A stretch of DNA of 64,000 bases, from the NCBI RefSeq assembly GCF_009914755.1, contig NC_060934.1; one strand, 5' to 3'. How positions within the stretch are numbered: position 1 is the stretch's first letter; the number at the start of each line of letters is the position of its first letter. The DNA is from the human T2T-CHM13v2.0 reference genome, Homo sapiens. The notes under the pieces were generated by a model. The model was not told where the DNA came from. It ran no database searches and saw nothing but the letters and a program-made list of their open reading frames with translations. This document shows, in pieces, positions 27,800-38,933 of the stretch. The position numbers were made by a program, and so were the translations under genes.

Positions 27800-28780
27800 G
27801 CTACTGAAGGATAATGGAAGTTTTATGGATGAACTGAAATAGAAGGTTCTTAGAAGAGTCAGCTGCATGTGCACAGGCATGGACAGAATTTACAGTGGTC
27901 ATATTTTGAGGAAACAGTTATCTGTCACCAGTGCAGCAGAGGGTCGTCAGTATAGTGCCTGGAAAGGTGATAGATCAGACAGTTGGAGGACCTCTAACTA
28001 TACATGAAAACATTGAAACATTGACATTTTTCTTGTTTTCTTTAAAAGTTCTTGTGCAAAGAGTTGACATGACTAGATTTACATTTGAAAATGTATGGCA
28101 GAGTGAGATAAGGATTAGAAGGGGGAGAGAGTAGAGGCGAGGGGATCACTTAGGAGGCCAGATCAGTGGTGCAGGGCAGAGATAGTGGTGGCCCACAGTA
28201 GATCCATACCTGTGGGAATGTGAAGGAAGGATGAATATGAGAGATAGACAGAGATAGAACCAATATGACCAAATATACACAAGAGAGATGGGGAAGAGTT
28301 AAAAAATGAATCCAATCTTTTGAGCCTAGGTGAGTGCAATAATGCTGATGCCATTTACCATGATAGGGAACCCGAGGAAAACAGTGGTTTTGAGGTTAGG
28401 AGAAAATGAGTTAGGTTTGAATCGCAGGTTGCAATGGGACTTCCAGATAGAAGTATGTAGCAGGAGAGAGGTAAAAGTTAGAAATGAAGATTTGCAAGTC
28501 ACTCATGTAAAACTAATAGTTGACGTCATAGTGTTATGTGAGTTTTCCTCAATGAGAGAAAGCAGGGCTAGCAAAAAGAAAGCCCAAAACAGAATTTTGG
28601 GAAAACACCTATCATCTATGGGCTAGGGATGAAATGTCAACAAAACAAATTGAGAAGGTGGTGTCAGAAAATAATTGGGAGATTAATTTATTATATAGAA
28701 ACTTAGGGAAGGGGACTACTAGAGACAAAGTATATAAAAAGGGGTCACATGCTTCCCCATGTCAGAGGGTCCTAAAGTGA
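27800..28780 (-). mobile_element. L2 fragment(s)
   Basis: Purine-rich degenerate L2 antisense motifs (gatgccatttacca..gggaa, gaaaatgagtt..gtttg); approximate ends. Confidence 0.6.
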
Positions 28781-29560
28781 TGATGATCGTGATGATGACC
28801 ATGATCATGATGATTGTCACTAACATTTATTGGTTGATTACTCTGTGCAAGCATGATTAGAAGGTATATAATTATTTGCATGTATTAGCTGATTGTTCAC
28901 TTAGGTTGTGGGTTTTATTACAGTGTTGGAGGCATAAATCATGGTGGAAGAGCTTCAGGACTTAGTGGAAAGTGGAATTAGTGATTGACCTGATATGACT
29001 TTTCCTTAAAGCACATTTATCTGCCAAGGGATCCAATTTTCAAAAAAGCATAGTCAGATTTACCACCAACTCTACAATTCTTGTTTATAATTAATTTATT
29101 TCATTTTTTGTGGTTCTTTGATGCTTGTCATTTCCTATCAATTTTGATTATCCTACCCCTTGTAGTAAGATTGCTTTTGATTTTGAGATGAAAAGAATTT
29201 GCTTTGTGCTGTGTGAACTAAACTTAACTGGGGACATTAAACTGCTGCACATGACAGAGAGTAAAGAGCTCTGACCCCGGGATTGCTGTAAGCTCATAAG
29301 CAACTGGAGTAGTGTCGAGTTTCCATGAAGGCTGGCACTGAGAGAGTGCTGGGACTCTGTGGACAGCAGTCATGTTGCTCCAGAGCTGAAAAGGGAGAGC
29401 CCCTACTCTGACAGCTACTTTGTATCAACTATGTTCTGCTTTGGCCTCATACATTCTGTGTTTGTTCCCCTGAGGTATCAATGAACGCTAGAGTTCTCTC
29501 ATAGCCATGAGACACAAGAGAATTGGTTTAGAACCAGAAGAGCCGATGTAAATTCCCTGT

Positions 29561-29646
29561 ATGGATTATTCAGATACTGACAGTGACGCCACTTTGGGAT
29601 ACAGCGATGATGAAGATTCCAGTGACGAAGTTCAAAGAATATCAGA
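29561..29646 (+). CDS. PRKG1: Candidate alternative internal first coding exon of PRKG1 (MDYSDTDSDATLGYSDDEDSSDEVQRIS + GA)
   Basis: ATG at 29561 with an in-frame upstream stop (TAA 29549-29551). Donor-like AGA|GTCAGT at 29647 is phase 2, matching the 34942 acceptor. Region looks repeat-free with locally retained CpGs. No transcript evidence available to me. Confidence 0.55.
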
Positions 29647-31019
29647 GTCAGTGCACGGAAACCTATATTTGCAAATATTTTGGGATATTTTTCATGCTCT
29701 ATTGTTTCACTGAAAGGAATTTCTAACACATCTGAAAATGTTAGAAGTGGCTTAAAAAGAGGCCACTACTAAACTGCATAGCTTTGATTGTAATTACTAA
29801 TTAATCAGCAGCAATTTTGTAAAAATACCTGTTAATCTGCCAAACAGTAGCTACTTTTGCAGTAGTGCTTTTTAAAGTATTTATTAACTGCACACCGAAA
29901 TCAACTAATACAGAGGCACAGAACTAGATAAGCGTGAGATTTTATTTTTAGAGACAATTTGCATGTTGGATGTGGACTGTTATGTGGCTAGATATACATT
30001 TATTTATTATAAAAAAGCAAGTCTAGTGTGCTGAATGTTCAGAGGTAATGTGTGTTTGGTAAAAGTTTTTAATTAAATAAATTGAACATTATAACCCTAG
30101 TTATAAAGTTCTCTTGTGTTCAATATTTTACCAAAATGTCTTGTATTCTTCTATTAGAAATTATTAAATACCCTGATCTGTAAAAAAGTACAAATGAAAG
30201 TAAGTTCAGTTTTTAAAAAATAATGCTTTTCTCCTCTCTTTCCTTGTCCTGCTTCTAAACCGCTCTGACGTGAAATGCCCGCTAACTTGGTAGATGTTCT
30301 GTGTGAAACCAGTATCATAACATCTACTGATAAAAATACATTTAATAACCCAGATTTATTAAGACCTTTGTATTATATGAATATGTAATATTACATCTTT
30401 AAATTCAAATGATATTTGCTTTACCATGGTCCTTGGACCCATAAAAGATATAAACATACATAGTAAATCACAGTGTTGTCAGCTTCTATCATTGACATTC
30501 TCTCTTTAGAAGTTAGAAATTTCTACTATCACTCCTAAAATGAGAGATTAATACATGTCATATACTAATGTCAAGGATTAATATATATGTTAATACTAAG
30601 TCAGATAGTATTTTGTCTCTATCTCTAGCAGGCTTTGAGTGCACAAGAACAGAATTTACAGACACCCTCTTAGAGAGCTACAAGCACCTTAATAATAGAA
30701 ATAAAATGACACCGTCATGGCAACATGAGTTTGCCATTGAATGAGCTTGGCGACGAATAATTCTCTATTGTTAGGCAACATTATTACAAAGCAATATAGC
30801 AGGCTAGGACATAGCTATGGATGGGAATTCTAACAATTTTAAAATGAAAATGACCCTTTCATATTAGTTTTACAATTGGAAACCCATAACTCTATTAGTG
30901 CTGGTTCTATTAACAAGTAAATATAATTTTCATAATGATGGACAGTGAATACTTACTGCTCAAAGGTTATTCAACATTTTAATGAATGTTGAGTTTAAAT
31001 CTGATAGCAAAGCATATAA

Positions 31020-31240
31020 GCAGCCTACTGTTGTGGAAAGAACATGACTTTAGGGACAGCCAGATCTGTGTTCAAATTCCAGAACTGTAACTCACTAGCT
31101 ATATCTGACTTTGGGTGCATTCCCTAACCTCTATTCTCAGAGCACCACCCTTTGTTATGTGCAACAAATGATATTTGTATGAAGTGTTTAATGTTGTTCC
31201 CGACATGTACTATATGCTCAATAAATGGCAAATATTATAA
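31020..31240 (+). mobile_element. MIR SINE
   Basis: gttcaaattcc..cactagct..gactttgg and tgctcaataaatg. Confidence 0.65.
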
Positions 31241-32669
31241 TTTATTGTTTAATATGTTGGTTTTTCCCCCCAATGTGATGCTTCTTTCCAGTTTTAATAT
31301 ATGTCACTTTACTAGGTACTACACCTGGCTTTAGGCCATACTTGTTTTCCTTTTTAAAATAAAATTTTCTATTTCTGTTAACTATGTCACTCTTCTGATC
31401 TTTGATATTTTCCCCAATCTACATTTAAAAATACCAATGCATCTTCTTTTTGTTGCATGGAAATTGCATTCAACTTTAAAAGTATATCCAATTTAGGCCA
31501 GATAATATGACAAAATTCTGAAATATTGTAGATTTGTGATGAATACATTTTTAAAAATCTATATGCACAGAAGATATCTTCAAAATGAAGCACTATTTTG
31601 TATTTATTATATTTTTAAAGGATGTGGGCACTTTCTTAATAGTCAAATGGAAATATATTTCAGGAAAAGCTAAATTTAGTATTATATTTTCTATTTTGTG
31701 ATGGTAGTTTGTTTATTATTGTTATTCATTTATTTGTTTTTGGCTGGCAGCAATTGATAGTAACTTATGCTGCCATGAACAACTAAGAAATAAGTCATTC
31801 ACATAATTTATGAAGAACCCAATGAGCACTACAGAAGTTTCCTGCCCATTATGTTCATTTCACCAAAAATTCCCACTATGAAAGTGATAACGAATTGAAA
31901 ATACATTGCTTACATCTATGGAGCAGAAAGAAAATCCCCACTGTGTTTCTGAATAGGAGTGTTTTATAAAACACCAGATAGAGCCTCCGCAGAGACAACC
32001 ATGAAGGTGTTGGGGATGAAAAGAATTAGAAATAATAAACAGCAGAACACAGTTCAGCTGGGCCAGGTACTATGTTAAACTTACCTTTGATTATCTCACT
32101 TAATACCACATAGTGAGTGGCTACTCGTATTCCCATTTTACAGATGAGGAAATTGAGGCTTTCACTTGTGAATGGAGGGAATGGAGGTGGGTTTAACACC
32201 AGAATAGTGCAACTCCAAACCCTGAGCTCTGCCTTCCTACCCCAGGGTTCAGAAGTATGATGGATGTCTGTGCCATAACTGCTTTAAACACTAAGCATGT
32301 TGTATGTGTGAGGCATTTGGGATGAAACGGGGAGCAAAGCCAGCTATGGTCCCGGCCCTCATAGGGTTTAGTGGAAGGAAGACAGAGTTATTAAACAAAT
32401 GACTACATAAATACACGTATTAATATAAATTACAAATGGTGATACATGCTTGGATGGAGAGGTATGTAGGGCTACGAGAACAGATGCATAGGAAACCCAA
32501 CCTGGTCAATTCATGATGGCATCCCTGAAGAAGAGGTACGTAGGCTGGGATTGAAGAGATAAGAAGGGGTGAACTAAGCAAAAGTTAGAGAGGAACTTCC
32601 TAGGCCTATGGAAAGCATGTTAAGAACTCGTGGCAGGAGGGCGATGATGTGTATTAAAAGGAGGCCAGT

Positions 32670-32921
32670 GGCTGGGCGCGGTGGCTCACACTTGTAATCT
32701 CAGCACTTTGGGAGGCTGAGGCGGGTGGATCCCCTGAGGTCAGGAGTTCGAGACCAGCCTGGCTAACATGGTGAAACCCCATCTCTGCTAAAAATACAAA
32801 AATTAGCCAGGTGTGGTGGTGGACTCCTGTAATCCTAGCTACTTTGAACCTGGGAGACGGAGTTTGCAGTGAGCCGAGTGCTACTGCACTCCAGCGTGGG
32901 CGACAAGAGCGAAACTCCATC

Positions 32922-32950
<29 letters not shown>
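32670..32950 (+). mobile_element. AluSq-like with internal deletion and A29 tail, inserted in an L2
   Basis: TSD GAGGCCAGT at 32661-32669 and 32951-32959. Confidence 0.93.
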
Positions 32951-32954
<4 letters not shown>

Positions 32955-33414
32955 CCAGTTTGGCCAAAAGGCAGGGAATGTGAGGGAGACACTGGGAGGA
33001 TTGTGCTGGGAGTTAACGAGACTATAACAAAAATTTTAGAGTTAAGATGATGTAGTATGGTGGGTGGATTAAAATATGTACAATAATTGATGGCTTTTTT
33101 AAAAAACAGGGCAACCAGTGAGAAACAAATGAAAAGGAAAGTTACTCATAAGAAAAACATAATATGCAACATATAGGAATATATTTTTTAAATATCAGGA
33201 CCCAAGTGAAAGAAATTATGAAATTGTATTTAAAGATATGAAATTATATCTGAACAAGTAGAAAGTCATGCCATGTTCTTATATGGAAAAAGTAATATCA
33301 TCAGAAATTCCTTGCTTTGATATCAATGAATAAATATTAATATAATACAACTCTACTAGAATCCCAAGGTGGGTGTTTCAGAAGTGGAAGATTATTTTAA
33401 AGTCTATATGAAAT

Positions 33415-33494
33415 AATAAATGCTTAAGAATATCATCAAGGAATTTCTCAAAAAAATAAATGCTTAAGAATATCATTAAGCTATTTCTGAAAAA
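33415..33494. repeat. 40-bp tandem duplication (2 copies, 4 mismatches) within an old L1 fragment
   Basis: aataaatgcttaagaatatcat occurs twice with period 40. Confidence 0.85.
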
Positions 33495-33874
33495 AGGATT
33501 TTAGTAAGGGAGAACATGCTTTGCCAAATATTAAATACAAATAGTTAATTTAAAGCAATTGTAATCTAAACAGCATGGTATAGCAACAGTGAAAGACACA
33601 GAGATCAGTGAAAAATAGAGTTCGGAAATATATTTCAGAATGTAATGTGTTTCAAAAGTATAAAAAGTCACTGGGAACATCTTTATTCTCAAACCTTTAA
33701 GAGCCTGTTATTAGAGATGTGATGTTTTTTGGTTTATAGACTGTATTATTAATGCTATATCATTTCATATGTACCTATCTCTTTAATATATTTCAAACAT
33801 ATTAATTATTAATTAACTTAGAAATTTTATGGTTTTTGGAAAAAGTAAATTTTCAAGTATAGCTTATTTTGTAA

Positions 33875-34180
33875 TTTTTAAATTATTTTTAAAAATTCTC
33901 ATGGGTACATAGTAAGTGTACATTTTTATGTGTACTTAGGTGTACATAGTAGGGAGTACATGAGATGTTTTGATACAGGCATGCAATGTAAAATAAGCAC
34001 ACTGTGGAGAACGGGGTATCCACCCCCTCAAGTATTTATCCTTTGAGTTACAAATAATTCAATGACATTAAGTTATTTAAAAATATACAATTGTGTTATT
34101 ATTGACTATCGTCATCATATTGTACTATCAAATAGTAAGTCTTAGTCATTCTTTCTATTTTTTTGTACCCGTTAACCATG
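33875..34180 (-). mobile_element. L1MA-type 3' end
   Basis: gtacatgagatgttttgatacaggcatgcaatg..gggtatccacccctcaag. Confidence 0.8.
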
Positions 34181-34941
34181 TTACCATGATACTGATACTA
34201 TTAATTTTTAACTAGCTGAAAATGAATTGTGAATGTTAATTTATCAAATCCACCTTTAACTACTGGATCAAACATAAGATACCAGGATAGATTTTCAAAG
34301 GTTTAAGAGATTGATAGATACGAATGCAGTAACAAATTAAATGCTTCTAAAGAGACAATATTTACATGTTTCTATCAGTGTGACTTAAGATTTGTCAAAT
34401 GCTCTTGAAGAACCATAACCTCTGATATAGATGAATGACTATGTGCCATAAATTGCCAAAACATTAGCTACATAAAAACAGGGTCTTTAAAGTAAGGAAA
34501 TAATTTAAACAGATCAATTGTTCTCAAGGATATAATGATAAATTCATATACAAATGGATCAGATACTCAGTTTCTAGAAGTACAGCTTCAAATTCTTTAA
34601 AAACTTTTGCATATTTATGTTTGTTACTATCTTGATCATTATCCAACTATTTTATTAATTTCCCCAAAGGGAATGATATCAAATTTGTTCTACTTGGGTG
34701 AATGAAATTTCAAATTTGAAAATTGTAACTACTGGATTGTAACTGTAGGATTTGTATGATTAATGACAAGGGTAAGATGATTCCTCAAAAAAAATTTTGA
34801 AACATAAACAAAGCTTAAGCCTGGAGGTGGATAAATCAGAAGAGTTTATATAATGTAAATTTTTTCCTGAATTAATCACAATGGACACTGTGCTTTGATA
34901 TTAAAGGTTATTTTATTTGAATGTCTCTATTTTTCACATAG

Positions 34942-35007
34942 GGAAGATGTGAGAACAGCAAACGTAATTGCTGCAGAAGCTGTAACCTGCCTTGTGATTG
35001 ACAGAGA
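34942..35007 (+). CDS. PRKG1: PRKG1 internal coding exon (probably exon 8), 66 nt, phase 2-2; phosphate-binding cassette end of cGMP-binding domain B
   Basis: Acceptor ...ttttcacatAG|G and donor GA|GTAAGT. Translates (G)EDVRTANVIAAEAVTCLVIDR(D), matching the PKG-I sequence I recall. Contains the R-T pair of the CNB-B cassette (R316/T317 in PKG-Ibeta numbering). Confidence 0.97.
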
Positions 35008-36064
35008 GTAAGTACATTGTTTTATTATGTGAATTACACACTCATATCAGCAACACACATGAGTTCTTGGAATTAGACATCATTTTATGGAGCTATTAAT
35101 ACTTGTTTTATATCTTTTCATTTTTAAATGAATTCTGTATTTGTTTCTCATTCCCTATTCTTAAAAGTGGCTGGCTCTGCCATTCTAGCTTTGTGATCTT
35201 TAACAAGGTACTCAACCACTGTGAGCTTCAGCTCAGCTCATTTGTAAACTGAGGTAATGAAATATCATACAGATATTTTGAGGATTAATGAGAACATTTG
35301 AGTAAAGCATTTGTCCAAGTGTCTTTTACTCAGGAGGTACTCAACCAATGCTAGTTATTTTTGTAAATTTTTAGAATTATTATTCCATTTTTGTTAAGAA
35401 ATGGGTTATTTTTTGAGTAGTTTTAGTTATGCCCTCTATTCTCCTATCTCCAGACTTCCATAATAGAAGCATTTAGGGAAGAAACTTTTGAAGAAATAAT
35501 CAGTTCTAGACATAGGCATATATTTAAGGCCATTAAAAATTTGTCTGATAATGTCTATCCCTGTTTCTTCTCTCAGTTCTGGCTTGCTCTTTTCATTACC
35601 TGGACGCTTTATAAGTTAAGCTGCAAATGTCAGATTATTGATTCTCCAAGAGCATGGTTAAAATGCGTATGTACTTTCTGGAAGCAGTGGAACAGGCTTT
35701 TCTTCCTTGTAATGTATGTGGATAAATTCATCGAATAGCCAAGTACATGACCCAAGAATAACTGTAAAACATCCATTTTAGTGGAGCCATTCAAACTGGA
35801 ATAGGCAGTGAGTAACCACATAGAATGAACCTGAGGAGCCAGGTATGATTAGCCTAGAATGATGGAGCTGGATGCCGAGCTCAGAGGACTCCGGATGGAG
35901 AGAAATTCTACCTGATTTACAAATCTCACTTTGAGAGGCCCTTCTATGCTGGATCACTAGAACCAGAGCAGAGACACAGTTGCAGAATGGTAGCAATATC
36001 CATGGATATTTCTGAAATTGTTATATTTTGTCTGGTTCCCAAAAACAATAATTACCAATTTGCT

Positions 36065-37560
36065 CTTCCATTCAACTCACATTTTACTGAGAATCTCCCA
36101 TGTGCAAAGCATTGTCCTGGAAGAAGATTCAAAGGAGCAGCACAGATGCTGGTTTTAAGAGTTAGCGTCTAATAGAGATGTGGCATATACAAAAATAACC
36201 ATGATACAAGGCAAAAAAAATGAGTTCAGAATAAAATTTTAAGGGAATTCAGAAAAGAGAGTGAGTACTTTTGAGAAGAGTCGGGGAGGTGTTAAAAAGT
36301 GTTAAGTGGATGTGGAAGTATAGGAAAAGCAATATAAATATGATGACTAGTGTAAGAATTACTCATAGGAAAGCTATCAGCCATTTAAACTGGCTAAAGT
36401 GAGACTGTGTAAAGGTAGTTGGTGGAGGTGCTGTAACAAGTTCACAAGCATGCTGGCACTGGTTCACTGAGAAAATTGAATGTTGGGATAAGGGCAGTTC
36501 AGACCATTTTATGCAGCAAAAAGTTATCACTATAACAATGGATTTAATAGACTAATCTGAGAATTCAGTGTAAAACGAATTAGAGGGAGAGGTTAGAGAC
36601 AAAATATTTGGTTAGGAGTCTAAATTCAGTTGGTGATTATGAGACCATGGGTAGGAGGAACCCATAAGAAATGAAGAGGTAAAACCAGAAGGTTTCACGT
36701 CTTACTGAATGTGAAGAGCAAGGGAGAAATTAGGGATGTAGTTGGGATAGAAAAGATGTAAAAGGAAAGTAGAAAAATCAGTTTGGTAGGTACGATGACA
36801 TTCTACTAAGAATGTAATGCATTGAACATACAATATCGAACACTCAAGAATGGATGGCCTGTAGGAGACAGGAAATGTGGGACAGAAACTCTTGTTAGAA
36901 TTAACTTAAAATTAACTTTAGAATTGCCTACATGTGGTTAGCAGCTGAAGCTATGAGACAGGACAGAATTGCATGAAAGAATCGAGAAGAAGATTAAAGA
37001 GCCAAGGCTAGATTTGGGGAAATCCTTTCATTTAAGCATTAGGGAAAGTAAAACCAGTGAAGAATAATGAGATGTTAGAAAGCAGGGCGGTGTAGGAGAC
37101 TTCAGAAAGCAAGAGGATATTTCATGAGAAAAGAGATAATCACAGTGTTACAAGCTGAGAGGCATGCAGATAGAGAAAAGGGCAATAGGCTTAGTAACCT
37201 GGGAGAAAACAGTTTTATTAAAATGTTAAGAATGGAATCCAGATTACAAAGTGTGACTAGGTAAAAAGGAAGTGAGAACACTGAGCTTACAGTATACAAG
37301 TATCCAGGAAGTTGGAGCAAATGAAATACTAAAGGGGATATTTGATAAATGGGACCCCAGGGGAGAAAATAGTGGGCAAATGAGGAAAGGTTCTTGGAGA
37401 GCACATATATATGTATTTTTGATTTTCTGAAAAGTGAAAAAGAGGCAAGGTAGAAAATTTGTAGAGAAATGCCAGGATGTAGATAAGGATCGTTGTGGGA
37501 ACTTAGATGGAGTTAATCTTGCCTCTTTTAAAGCATGAAGCAAGGAAATCTAGTGAGGGG
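36065..37560 (-). mobile_element. L2 fragment(s)
   Basis: Starts cattcaactcacattttactgag (antisense L2 tail) and continues as a purine-rich body; approximate ends. Confidence 0.6.
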
Positions 37561-38591
37561 AGGAATGAGACTAAGGCTTTTCCCTAATCCTAATTTTCTC
37601 TCCTTATCCAAACCTAGGCATATACAGTGTACACTGACAAGTGAATGGATGTGGTCAAAGCTCAATACTTGAATCTTGACTACACCATTTTACAAGAATA
37701 TGGGTAAATTACTTAAATTCTGAGTCTCAGTTTTCCTGTCTGAAAAATTGGATAACATTATCAAAATTATAAAATTGATTTGAAAATCAAATGATTTAAC
37801 ATAGGTAAATGTCCATGCACAGCACAATACATGAAGTAAGCACTAAATAAATATGCCCTTCCTCTTCTTACAGAAGGCATAGGATTCCCTTGGATTTAGC
37901 TGTGTTTCTCTCTACTCAGCATTGGTTTATCTTCAGGGTTATATACGGAGAAGAAACCTTGAGAGAGGTCTACCTTAAGCACAAATACAGAAAAATCAGC
38001 TTGAGTCTAAGAATTCAAAAAGTGCATTTGTATACTCTTAGCAGAGAAATTGGGTTTCTGACCAAATGTTGAATTCACAGCTGTATTTTTTAAAAAATGA
38101 AACTGTAACTGAAGGATCCTGTCAAAAGCCTGCTGCTGATATCTAATTTATGGCCAATTAGAAGAGCACCAGGGCTTCATCCCATGCAAACAGATGGCAG
38201 ACATTAGCACTGTCAACAAAAGTAGCTTCCTTTACAAATTTACAAGCGAGGTACCATGTTCCGTAAGCCAGTGATTATGCTTTATCATTCCAGAGGGAGA
38301 GCAAAAGAACATTATTGTAACTAATCATGCATGTCATTGACAAACCAGAAGATGATAAACAGATACATGGTGTCCTCAAAGGCATTCTCTAAATATTGGT
38401 TTTTTGTAGTCTACTTATTATCTTAATAAGTACCTGCAGTGATGTCAAAATTTATGAATATTGTATAAAAAGAATATTAGTCTAACAGAACCATCCATTA
38501 ATAAATTTCTTAAATATATAAAAAACAATTAAGTACCTTTGGTACCTCTTATTTTGGAATCTGTGAAAAGAAATAAATATAAAACTAAGTA

Positions 38592-38933
38592 CAGTCATTC
38601 TTTAGTATCCACGGGGGATTGGTTCAAGGACTCCCTTTGAATACCAAAATCCACAGATGCTGAAGTCCCTCAATATAAAATGGCATAATATTTGCATATA
38701 ACCTATGCATGTCTTCCCTGTACTTTAAAATATATCTAGGTTACTTACAATACCTAATAAAATCTAAATGCTATGTAAAAACTTGTTATACTATATTGTT
38801 TAGGAAATTACGAGAAAAAAATTCTATGCATATTCAGTAAAGGTGTAACCAATGTCTTTTTCAGCTAAATCTTTTTGATCTACAGTTAGTTGAATCCACA
38901 GATACAGAATGCATGAATACGGAAGGCTGACTG
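38592..38933. mobile_element. MER2 (Tigger-family MITE)
   Basis: TA-cagtcattctttagtatccacgggggattgg ... atacggaaggctgactg-TA. Confidence 0.88.
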
